In this document: positions 1 through 8,584 of the stretch, piece by piece
Numbering within the stretch: the stretch's first letter is position 1
Layout: each line of letters opens with the position of its first letter
Origin: an uncultured cyanobacterium
GTDB lineage: Bacteria; Cyanobacteriota; Cyanobacteriia; Leptolyngbyales; Leptolyngbyaceae
DNA length: 27,498 nt
Direction: 5' to 3'
Assembly: GCA_963766075.1 (NCBI GenBank)
Contig: CAVYAN010000082.1
Location: 1 to 27,498 of the forward strand
Position numbers and translations under genes: made by a program
The notes under the pieces: generated by a model
What the model was told of the DNA's origin: nothing
What the model saw: the letters and a program-made list of their open reading frames with translations, nothing else
The model's database searches: none

Positions 1-2
1 AG

Positions 3-1520
3 GTTTTAGAGCAGGCGGAGGCTTTTCTCAAGGCTCAGCCTGAGGTGGCAAGTATTTTCTCTGTGGGTGGCTTTAGCTTTTCGGGATCCACGCCCAACAA
101 TGCGTTAATCTTTACGCTGCTGAAACCCTGGAGCGATCGCAAAAAGGCCGAAGAATCGGTGACGGGTGTGATTGGGGGCTTCTTCCCCAAGCCATCTGGG
201 CTGTTCCCCAAGCTGCTATCTATTAAGGAAGCAACGGTAATTCCCTTTCCGCCCCCGGCTATTCAGGGGTTGGGGAACTTTGGCGGTTTTGAGTTTCACC
301 TGCAGGATCGCTCTGCTGCCGGGTTTGCGGCGATTGGCGAGACGTTGCAAAAATTCCTGAATCGAGCCAGTGCCTATCCTTCGGCGGAAAGCCCGCAATT
401 GACGGGTCTGCGTCCCACCTTTAACGCCAATACGCCCCAAATTTCTGTGGAGGTTGATCGCACCAAGGCCAGCCAGCTTCAGGTTTCTTTGCAGGACATT
501 TTCAACACGCTGCAAATTTATCTGGGGTCGGCCTACGTGAATGACTTTAACCAGTTTGAGCGGGCTTATCGGGTCTATGTGCAGGCCGATAGTCAGTTTC
601 GCTCGAATCCCGAGGCGATTAAGCGACTGTATGTGCGATCACAAACGGGCAAAATGATCCCCTTGGGCAACCTGGTCACCGTTACCCAGACGGTTGGTCC
701 CTCGGTGATTAGCCATTACAACCTGGCCCGTTCGGTGGAAATTAACGGGTCTGCGGGCAGGGGAGTCAGTTCCGGGCAGGCGATCGCGGCTATGCAGGCT
801 GTTGCAAAGGAAACCTTGCCCCGGGGATTTGGCTTTGAGTGGTCGGGGATTTCCCTGGAAGAAGTTCAATCCGGCGGAGCCGCTACCGTGATTTTCCTCC
901 TGGGGATTATCTTTGTTTATCTCACCCTGGCCGCTCAATATGAGAGCTATGTCGATCCATTCATTATTTTGCTGACGGTGCCTCTCGCCATTCTGGGCGC
1001 GTTGGGCGCAGTGCTGCTGAAGGGGAATGCTAATGACGTGTATACCCAGATTGGTTTGGTGATGTTGATTGGGATGGCCAGTAAAAACGCCATTCTGATT
1101 GTGGAATTTGCCAATCAACTGCAAGAAGAAGGCCTGTCCTTGACCAAAGCGGTGACGGAAGCCTGCCGCCAACGCCTGCGCCCGATTTTGATGACGGCGA
1201 TTGCGACGATTGTGGGAGCGGTACCGTTGTTGCTGGCCTCCGGTGCGGGGGCGGCAGCGCGGCAGTCGCTGGGCACGGCGATCGTCGGGGGCATGGTCGT
1301 GGCGACTCTGCTCAGTTTATTTGTGATTCCGGTGCTCTATATCGTGATTAAGTCTGCCGAGGCCGACATGCGACAAAAGCGTTCTCCCGCCTTGGCTGGA
1401 GGGAATGACTCCTCGCAGGGGCATTCAGGCAATGGCTCAATGCACAATGATGGGATTGATGGCACTCATCCAGTTGTCGCCGCACGCCCAACGGCGAATC
1501 GCGACGGTGAGTTGCGTTAG
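3..1520 (+). CDS. RND (AcrB/AcrD/AcrF, HAE1) efflux permease, 5'-truncated by the window edge
   Basis: Frame is open from base 3 (VLEQAEAFLKAQPEV...). Motifs GLGNFGGF, LAAQYES, GMASKNAILIVEFA and RLRPILMT; several C-terminal TM helices. Confidence 0.95.
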   Translation, partial: VLEQAEAFLKAQPEVASIFSVGGFSFSGSTPNNALIFTLLKPWSDRKKAEESVTGVIGGFFPKPSGLFPKLLSIKEATVIPFPPPAIQGLGNFGGFEFHLQDRSAAGFAAIGETLQKFLNRASAYPSAESPQLTGLRPTFNANTPQISVEVDRTKASQLQVSLQDIFNTLQIYLGSAYVNDFNQFERAYRVYVQADSQFRSNPEAIKRLYVRSQTGKMIPLGNLVTVTQTVGPSVISHYNLARSVEINGSAGRGVSSGQAIAAMQAVAKETLPRGFGFEWSGISLEEVQSGGAATVIFLLGIIFVYLTLAAQYESYVDPFIILLTVPLAILGALGAVLLKGNANDVYTQIGLVMLIGMASKNAILIVEFANQLQEEGLSLTKAVTEACRQRLRPILMTAIATIVGAVPLLLASGAGAAARQSLGTAIVGGMVVATLLSLFVIPVLYIVIKSAEADMRQKRSPALAGGNDSSQGHSGNGSMHNDGIDGTHPVVAARPTANRDGELR

Positions 1521-1803
1521 AGAACGCCAGAGTGTGCTGAAACAAGGGGCGCTGGTGGCGATCGAAACCCGGAGAGGTCGCACTAGCGTTCTTCACGAGA
1601 ACCCGGCCAAGGGCTGGCGTTTGGCGAAAGGGCCTTGGGTCGGCGGTGCGAATTTCCTCTAGTCTCTATAAAAAATCTGTTTTTATCTTCGCGGTTTTTA
1701 TCTTCGATGGCTTATGGTATACTAACAAAGATAGAAAATTGACTATGTAGCTCTGCCGTCCTGAAAGCTTCATACTTAATTTAAGGTCAGATCAATTTAA
1801 TTT

Positions 1804-1874
1804 GCGGGCATAGTTTAGTGGTAAAACTATAGCCTTCCAAGCTATTAATGCGGGTTCGATTCCCGCTGCCCGCT
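1804..1874 (+). tRNA. tRNA-Gly(TCC)
   Basis: Acceptor stem GCGGGCA/TGCCCGC, anticodon arm ATAGC-CTTCCAA-GCTAT, T-arm GGTTCGATTCC; no encoded CCA. Confidence 0.97.
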
Positions 1875-1881
1875 TTGTATA

Positions 1882-1922
1882 CAAGACCCCTGAAGCTTTT
1901 TAGTTTAAGGGGTCTTGCTTTT
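1882..1922. terminator. Hairpin terminator between convergent tRNA-Gly and xseA
   Basis: CAAGACCCCT(1882-1891)...AGGGGTCTTG(1908-1917) followed by CTTTT. Confidence 0.7.
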
Positions 1923-1981
1923 GATGGTTCAGCCCTTGGTGTTCCAGCGCTTGAAGTCCAAATGGCTTTAGGCTTACTCCC

Positions 1982-3229
1982 CTAAGCCTGATCAGGCGCT
2001 TCGATTTCCGTCACCTGCACCGTTAGCTGTCCCTGGTCTAACAGCACCTGCAAAGATTGTCCCACGGTCAAATCCGCCGTTGACCGGGCGATCGCCCCAT
2101 TTTCCTGTCGCACCACGGCGTAGCCGCGTTGTAGTACTGCCCTGGGATCCAGCGTGGCCAATTTCTGCTTCAGCAACTGGCAATGCTGCTGCTCCCGTTG
2201 GATTCGCAGTGCACTGGCCTGCAATACCCGCTGCCTTAGCCAACCCAGCGCGCGCGCCTCTTGGGCCAACTTGCGATCGGGTTGAATTTGGAGCAGGCGA
2301 TCGCGCAGTCGCTCCACCTGCACCTGGGCCATCTGCCAGCGATCGGTCAGAGCTGCCCGCAGAGCCACCACCCGCTGATCATGCGCCGATACTAAATCCT
2401 GCAACAGTGGCACCGCCAATTCCGCTGCCGCTGTTGGGGTATGGGCACACACATCTGCCGCCAAATCCGCCAGGGCCTCATCCCGCTGATGCCCAATCCC
2501 GGCAATGACCGGAATCCGACAGGCTGCCACGGCCCGCACCACCCGCTCATCATTAAAGCAGGCCATGTCTTCGATCGCCCCGCCGCCCCGTGATAGAATT
2601 AGTACATCCGATCTTCCATCTTGCTCCACCCGTTGGATGGCTTGCACAATCGAAGCTGGAGCCTGTTCACCTTGGACCAACGCAGGAGAAAGGACCACAT
2701 GCAATCCGGGATACCGCCGCCGCAATGTGCGCTGAATGTCTCCCCAAGCCGCGGCCTGGAGAGATGTCACTACTGCGATCGTCTGGGGATGGATCGGCAA
2801 CGCCCGCTTGCGCGCTGGGTCAAACAGGCCCTCAGCCTCTAGACGCCGCCGCAACTGTTGGTTGCGGAGTGCCCGCAACCCCGCACCCCCTGGTAGGGCC
2901 TGCCAGACAATCAGTTGATACTGCCCCCGTTGAGGGTGCAGTTGCACGCGTCCCAGCAGAATCAATTGCTCCCCAATCTCCGGTAGGGTAGCCAGCTTTT
3001 CCATCTGATTGCTCCACACCACGCAGCTAATCGCGGCCTTGGCATCGGGATCCTGTAACGTGAAAAACAGCCCGCTGCGGTAGCGCGTGGCGCTGGAAAC
3101 TTCCCCTGTCACCCACACCTGTCGCAACTGATCGTCTTGCTCCAAGAGTAATTGAATGTAGCCTGTTAGTCCCGCCACGGACAGGGCCATGTCCGGAATA
3201 ACCAAATTTGGAGAATAGGAAGAAGTCAT
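1982..3229 (-). CDS. xseA: Exodeoxyribonuclease VII large subunit
   Basis: VWVTGEVS OB-fold, EAEGLFD, SRGGGAIED, GIGHQRD, TPTAAAE and LDPRAVLQRGYA; divergent from recA. Confidence 0.96.
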   Translation of the reverse strand: MTSSYSPNLVIPDMALSVAGLTGYIQLLLEQDDQLRQVWVTGEVSSATRYRSGLFFTLQDPDAKAAISCVVWSNQMEKLATLPEIGEQLILLGRVQLHPQRGQYQLIVWQALPGGAGLRALRNQQLRRRLEAEGLFDPARKRALPIHPQTIAVVTSLQAAAWGDIQRTLRRRYPGLHVVLSPALVQGEQAPASIVQAIQRVEQDGRSDVLILSRGGGAIEDMACFNDERVVRAVAACRIPVIAGIGHQRDEALADLAADVCAHTPTAAAELAVPLLQDLVSAHDQRVVALRAALTDRWQMAQVQVERLRDRLLQIQPDRKLAQEARALGWLRQRVLQASALRIQREQQHCQLLKQKLATLDPRAVLQRGYAVVRQENGAIARSTADLTVGQSLQVLLDQGQLTVQVTEIEAPDQA

Positions 3230-3643
3230 GCCCTAGGTTCTCATTAGATTATTTGTACTATGATTTTTTTGTACTATGATTTTCATAGTAGCGTTTTCAA
3301 GCCACTCGACGAAGCCATCCATGCCCTATTCTTAAACCAATCCTTGCTGATGCGTGTAATTCCACGGAAACTCTATAAAATTAGGATTCCGTGGCCAACG
3401 GTTGGGGGTGAGTCCCCTTCAATCTCTAAAGTCCTTCCCGTTTCCTAACGTCAAATCTAACGTCAAATCTAGCCTTAAGCCCTTGATCTCTCAGATTTGG
3501 CTTTTCAGGTTTGGCCTCTCAGAAAAGTGCCCGGAGCGCGAGGATTCGGGGCGATCGCACCCGGGATGGATCAGATCTCTCTCACATTGGCCGAACACTT
3601 TCACAGACAACGTTGCCCTGAACATTTTGCACTTGAGGTCCGA

Positions 3644-4724
3644 ATGGCTCCTAAAACCACTGATAGCTCCGCTGATAAGACCAAAGCCCTAAACCTCGTC
3701 CTGAGCCAAATCGAACGCAACTTTGGCAAAGGCAGCATCATGCGCCTGGGCGATGCGGCCCGCATGAAAGTCGAGACGATTCCCAGCGGTGCCCTCACCC
3801 TGGATTTGGCTCTGGGGGGGGGGATTGCCGAAAGGGCGGATTATTGAAATCTATGGCCCTGAAAGTTCGGGCAAAACGACTGTGGCTCTCCACGCAGTCG
3901 CAGAAGTCCAAAAATCCGGCGGCATTGCGGCCTTTGTCGATGCGGAGCATGCCCTCGATCCGGCCTATGCCAAAAATTTGGGCGTAGACATTGATAATTT
4001 GCTGATCTCCCAACCGGACAATGGCGAGTCTGCTTTAGAAATCGTCGATCAACTGGTGCGGTCTTCAGCGGTGGATATTATCGTGATTGACTCCGTGGCG
4101 GCGCTAGTGCCTCGCGCTGAAATTGAGGGAGAAATGGGCGATACCCATGTGGGCCTGCAAGCCCGCCTGATGAGCCAAGCGCTGCGGAAAATCACCGGCA
4201 ATATGGGGCGATCGGGCTGCACAGTCGTATTTCTGAACCAGTTGCGGCAAAAAATTGGTGTCACCTATGGCAGCCCCGAGGTCACAACGGGGGGACAGGC
4301 GCTGAAGTTCTACGCTTCAGTGCGATTGGACATTCGCCGCATCCAGACCCTAAAGAAGGGGACGGAGGAATTCGGGATTCGGGCCAAGGTGAAGGTGGCG
4401 AAGAACAAGGTCGCTCCACCGTTCCGCATTGCCGAGTTTGATGTGATTTTTGGCAAGGGCATTTCGACCATGGGCTGCTTGGTGGACTTGGCTGAGGAAA
4501 TGGGGATCATTGTCCGCAAAGGAGCTTGGTATAGCTACAACGGCGAAAATGTCAGCCAAGGCCGCGATAACGCGATTAAGTACGCTGAGGAAAATCCGGA
4601 ATTTGCTAAGGCGATTGAGCAGCAGGTGCGGCAGAAACTCGATATGGGCGCGGTGGTGTCAGCGACCAAGGCGGGTGCGCCGGATAGCACGGATGATGTC
4701 GATGAGGAGCTGAACGACGATTAG
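3644..4724 (+). CDS. recA: Recombinase RecA, split by a +1 frameshift in a G10 run (3814-3823)
   Basis: N-terminus [37 protein letters not shown]...LDLALGGG is in one frame. [34 protein letters not shown] and KNKVAPPF are in the next. Removing one G restores an intact gene. Confidence 0.95.
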
Positions 4725-4750
4725 GCGGTTGTTAGGGGGGAGCCGGTCTG

Positions 4751-4784
4751 AGATGCCGGGGATTTTCAAAAATCCCCGGCATCT
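4751..4784. terminator. Near-perfect palindrome (REP-like or bidirectional terminator) between convergent recA and ubiD
   Basis: AGATGCCGGGGATTTT-CA-AAAATCCCCGGCATCT. Confidence 0.75.
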
Positions 4785-4813
4785 GTATGCATAGCTTAAT
4801 GCCGCCCGCCCAC

Positions 4814-6325
4814 TTATTTCATGTCGTAGCCAAATAGGTTGGGATTGACTTCGGTCAAGTTCAGGTCTGCCAGCCCGTATTCAGCCCAGCGGCGATCGAC
4901 CTGGGCGGCAGTGTCAGGGTCGGGTTCTAGAACGGGATTCCAGGGGCGATCGCTCTCGGGATACATTTTGGTCGTAGCATCAATTCCCATGCGGCCCCCC
5001 AGACCTTTTTTGTCCGTGGCGAAATCTAGGGAATCGAAGGGATTGTCCGGCAGAATAAAGACATCGCGGGCCGGATCGACTTTGGAGGTGATGGCCCACA
5101 CAACCTGGCGAGGATCGCGGATATTGATGTCTTTATCCACTACGATTACAAATTTGGTATAGGTGAACTGGGGCAGCGCACTCCAAAAGGCGAGGGCAGC
5201 GCGGCGGGCTTGGCCGGGGAAGGCTTTGTCAATGGAAATGACGGCGGCTTTATAGCTCAGGGCTTCCATGGGCAAGAAGAAATCAATAATCTCGGGGACT
5301 TGCTGCCGCAGGATTGGAGTGTAGATGCGGTTGAGGGCGATCGCCATCATCGCGTCTTCCTTGGGTGGACGACCGCTAAAGGTGGTGAGATAAATTGGCG
5401 ATTTGCGGTGCGTGATGCACTGGACCGTCATTTGGGGCGCGGCTTCTCGCACGGGCCCGTAGTAGCCCATGTGGTCTCCTGCTGGTCCATCCACCGCCAC
5501 ATCGCCGGGGGTAAAGGTACCTTCCAGGACAAACTCGGCATCGGCGGGCACTTCTAAATCGACGGTTTTACATTTTGCCAGATTGACACCTTTACCGCCG
5601 TAGATGCCCGCAAACAGCCATTCGGACAGGTCAATCGGCAAGGGCGTGGCGGCGGCCATGATGACTAGAGGATCAACGCCGATCGCGATCGCTACTTCTA
5701 GGGGTTGTCCCCGTTCTGCGGCTTTGCGTAGGTGGCGAGTCGCCCCCCGCACCGATAGCCATTGCACAGTCATGGTGTTTTTTGACTGCAATTGCAAGCG
5801 ATAGACCCCGACGTTGACGATCTTGGTTTCGGGGTCTTTGGTAATCATCAGGCCCAAGGTGAGCACTTTTCCCGCATCCCCCGGATAGACCCGCAGCATG
5901 GGGATTTGGGTCAGATCGACAGCATCACCCTTGAGAACGACTTGATGGCAGGGGGGAAACAGATCGCGATCGGGCTTAGCCCGAATCACGTCAAATAACA
6001 CCTTACCCAGGTCGATCGCCTGGGCAATCGTCTTGGGGGGCCGGGGTTGATACAGCAGGGCCAACTTTTTGCCTAAGCCCTCCAAATCTTCCGGCTTTTC
6101 CATATTCATCGCCCAAGCGACCCGTTGCACTGTGCCCATGAGGTTAATGGCAACGGGATGGGCCGACCCTTTGACGTTCTCAAATAGTAGCCCTGGACCA
6201 CCACTCTGCAGGAGGCGATTGGCAATTTCGGCAATTTCTAGATCTGGATCGACGGGGGCGGTGATGCGGCGCAGTTGTCCCCGCTGTTCCAGTAGGTTGA
6301 TAAAGCCGCGCAGATCTCTGGCCAT
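4814..6325 (-). CDS. ubiD: UbiD-family prFMN-dependent decarboxylase (4-hydroxy-3-polyprenylbenzoate decarboxylase)
   Basis: DLRGFINLLEQRGQL, NVGVYRLQ, DGPAGDHMGYY, GRPPKED, DDINIRD-like VVDKDINIRD, GGRMGIDAT. Confidence 0.92.
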   Translation of the reverse strand: MARDLRGFINLLEQRGQLRRITAPVDPDLEIAEIANRLLQSGGPGLLFENVKGSAHPVAINLMGTVQRVAWAMNMEKPEDLEGLGKKLALLYQPRPPKTIAQAIDLGKVLFDVIRAKPDRDLFPPCHQVVLKGDAVDLTQIPMLRVYPGDAGKVLTLGLMITKDPETKIVNVGVYRLQLQSKNTMTVQWLSVRGATRHLRKAAERGQPLEVAIAIGVDPLVIMAAATPLPIDLSEWLFAGIYGGKGVNLAKCKTVDLEVPADAEFVLEGTFTPGDVAVDGPAGDHMGYYGPVREAAPQMTVQCITHRKSPIYLTTFSGRPPKEDAMMAIALNRIYTPILRQQVPEIIDFFLPMEALSYKAAVISIDKAFPGQARRAALAFWSALPQFTYTKFVIVVDKDINIRDPRQVVWAITSKVDPARDVFILPDNPFDSLDFATDKKGLGGRMGIDATTKMYPESDRPWNPVLEPDPDTAAQVDRRWAEYGLADLNLTEVNPNLFGYDMK

Positions 6326-6426
6326 GGTGAAGAAATGTAAATAGCTCTTTCATTATGAGATGAAAGAGACGCCGATTCCCCAGATCAGAAGTTCTTAGGC
6401 GATTTCCAGGAAAAATTGTACCGACC

Positions 6427-6489
6427 GAGATTGTTCCCTTCGACTTCGCTCAGGGAGCAATCTCTCGCTGGCTGAGCGAAGCCGAAGCC
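6427..6489. repeat. REP-like palindromic element pair
   Basis: CCCTTCGACTTCGCTCAGGG inside the stem GAGATTGTTCCCT/AGGGAGCAATCTC, followed by an inverted copy GCTGAGCGAAGCCGAAG. Confidence 0.7.
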
Positions 6490-6521
6490 AGCAGCAGATA
6501 TATTATTTGTCGGAAATCGCC

Positions 6522-7574
6522 TTATTCCTCGTATTCTGGCTGTTTTTCTTTTTCTGATACCTTTTCGGGTAAATTCACGGGCTGGGGCTTGTAATCATCG
6601 GCGGGCAAGGGTTCGGCCCAGGGGTCTTCGGTTTCCGCCAAGATGACTGTCGGGGGCTCTTGGAATTCATCTTCATCGTAATCGTCGTCGTATTGGTCGT
6701 CGGTGTAAGCCGCCTGCTTGTACTGGTCTGGCTCCGAGGCTTCACTCCAATTCTCGGACTCGTTCCAGTTGGCGGTGTCGGCATCATCGGCATCATCGTC
6801 AGTATAGCGATCGCCCCGCTGATCATAAGCAGGTGCTTCGTAGCGCGGCTCTTCGCGATAGGCTTGCTGGCGCAGTTGCCGTGGCTCTGGTGCTTCCCAG
6901 TTGTCGTCGTCCCAATTTTCTTGCAGAACGGGCTGCCGTTCACGAATGGGAGTTTGCACGGGCTGGCGCACGCCGGATGGAAGTTGATTGTCCACACGCA
7001 CAGGTGCGATGTAGGTGTCGTCGTCGCGCTCCCAGGGGGCCCTGCCAATGCCCATGCGTTCCATGACGCCAACGGACAATTGCACGAGCCGCTGTTCTGA
7101 GCCTTCGATCACGATCAGGCGATCGGGCCCACTGCTGATAATTTCTTCGATGGGTAGTTCGTAGGTGCTAACCACTTGGTCGGGGATCAGCGGCAGTCCA
7201 AGGGAGGCGATGATAATTGAGCTGAGTCGTCCGGTGTCGATGTCAAATTTGTAACCGCGCACCTTGCCCAACAGGTCGCCGGTTTCGGTAATGACTTCGC
7301 AATTGATCAGATTGCTATAAATCTCGACATCCATGTCTTCGATCACGTCTTCGTCGTCCACCAGGATGACATCACCAATCTGTCGGATGCTGCTGAGGAG
7401 CATGGGCTGGGGGGTGCCGTAGAACAGGTTGGGCTTGAGGCTAATGGCCACGACCTCCTGCTGGTCGATATCTACCCACAGTTGACTGATGACCCCAAGT
7501 TTTTTGCCCGTGTTGCGGGTGACAACGAGGGTGCCAAGGAGATCGGCGCGTTGGCGAATAGCTTCAGATGCCAT
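6522..7574 (-). CDS. Tandem PRC-barrel domain protein with acidic disordered tail
   Basis: Two PRC-barrel repeats (LLGTLVVTRNTGKKLG; LINCEVITETGDLLGKV) and a D/E/Y-rich C-terminus; usually found downstream of smc in cyanobacteria. Confidence 0.88.
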   Translation of the reverse strand: MASEAIRQRADLLGTLVVTRNTGKKLGVISQLWVDIDQQEVVAISLKPNLFYGTPQPMLLSSIRQIGDVILVDDEDVIEDMDVEIYSNLINCEVITETGDLLGKVRGYKFDIDTGRLSSIIIASLGLPLIPDQVVSTYELPIEEIISSGPDRLIVIEGSEQRLVQLSVGVMERMGIGRAPWERDDDTYIAPVRVDNQLPSGVRQPVQTPIRERQPVLQENWDDDNWEAPEPRQLRQQAYREEPRYEAPAYDQRGDRYTDDDADDADTANWNESENWSEASEPDQYKQAAYTDDQYDDDYDEDEFQEPPTVILAETEDPWAEPLPADDYKPQPVNLPEKVSEKEKQPEYEE

Positions 7575-7703
7575 TAGAGTGTCGAATCCTGATTCATGAT
7601 CTGATTCAGTTTACCAAAGGTGGTGAAAGATGAACGGATTGGTCGGTAGTAGAAACCTGACCGGAGCGATCGCGATCCCCGAATTTAGAATGCCCAAGCT
7701 TTA

Positions 7704-8570
7704 TTAGGTCGCCTCTAACCAGGCTTCAAGGTCTGACACTGTGCCGAAATCCAGGAGGGCTTCACCCAGGGATTCGAGTTGCTGGATAGTTAAGGTTTGG
7801 ATGGGGCGCGTGAGGCGATCGGGTACGTCTCCCAGCCGACGTGTCAATTGGCGCAGAATCAGCGATCGCTCTCCTTCTTCGCGTCCTTCTTCGCGTCCTT
7901 CCTCGCGTCCTTCTTCGCGTCCTTCTTCGCGGGCCTCCCGAATGACTCGTGGTTCTTCCAAGTTTAGTCCCAGCATGGCTTCAATCTCCTCGCGACTACA
8001 TGTGGCTAGTTTGTATACCAGAATCGTAGTAATGAGATCCATTATGGCGCGTTCCGACAGGGCTTGATTTGCCTGTTCAGAGGCTTGTGCAATTAACCGC
8101 AGGGCTTTTTCAACCGCTTCCTTTTCTGGAGCCAGGGTCAACTGCATTAATTGCCCGCCCAAGGAAGTTTGGTCACCCAGTTCGTCTAGGTAAATACGTT
8201 GCACCTGGGTGCCGGCTAGCATGGATCGATGGAGATGCGTGTTACTGGGCTCGACGCGGCGGGATCCGAGAATGACCACACCTCGCCAGTCTGAATAGCG
8301 TCCGGCTGCACGTCTCAGGAAGTAGGAGACTTCGGCAAAGAAGCGATCGTAGAGATCTTCATCTTTTTGAAACTGGACTTCGGCAAAGCAGACAATTTTT
8401 GAAGCGGCCTGGTCAGGGGGCAGAAATACTCCATCGATACGAAAGGCGGTTTCTTTGATCTCTACGGATTCAAATTGATAGCCAGATGACGGCGGTGGGT
8501 CATCCATTAGCTCAAACAGTAATTCCGGGAATTGGGAAAATAATTTATAGAAAATTGTGTCGCGACGCAT
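7704..8570 (-). CDS. Rpn family PD-(D/E)XK nuclease/putative transposase (DUF2887 plus C-terminal DUF4351)
   Basis: MRRDTIFYKLF, SVEIKETAFRIDGVFLP, FAEVQFQKD, EEGR repeats, LILRQLTRRLG...QLESLGEALLDF...LEAWL. Confidence 0.9.
   Translation of the reverse strand: MRRDTIFYKLFSQFPELLFELMDDPPPSSGYQFESVEIKETAFRIDGVFLPPDQAASKIVCFAEVQFQKDEDLYDRFFAEVSYFLRRAAGRYSDWRGVVILGSRRVEPSNTHLHRSMLAGTQVQRIYLDELGDQTSLGGQLMQLTLAPEKEAVEKALRLIAQASEQANQALSERAIMDLITTILVYKLATCSREEIEAMLGLNLEEPRVIREAREEGREEGREEGREEGREEGERSLILRQLTRRLGDVPDRLTRPIQTLTIQQLESLGEALLDFGTVSDLEAWLEAT
7872..7931. repeat. Coding 12-bp tandem repeat x5 (REEG)
   Basis: TCCTTC(T/C)TCGCG five times. Confidence 0.95.
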
Positions 8571-8584
8571 GGGTGGGGAAATCC

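Noticed and set aside
1549..1645. Two stem-loops after the RND gene as a riboswitch or ncRNA
   Set aside because: Imperfect 3'-UTR hairpins with no recognised motif.
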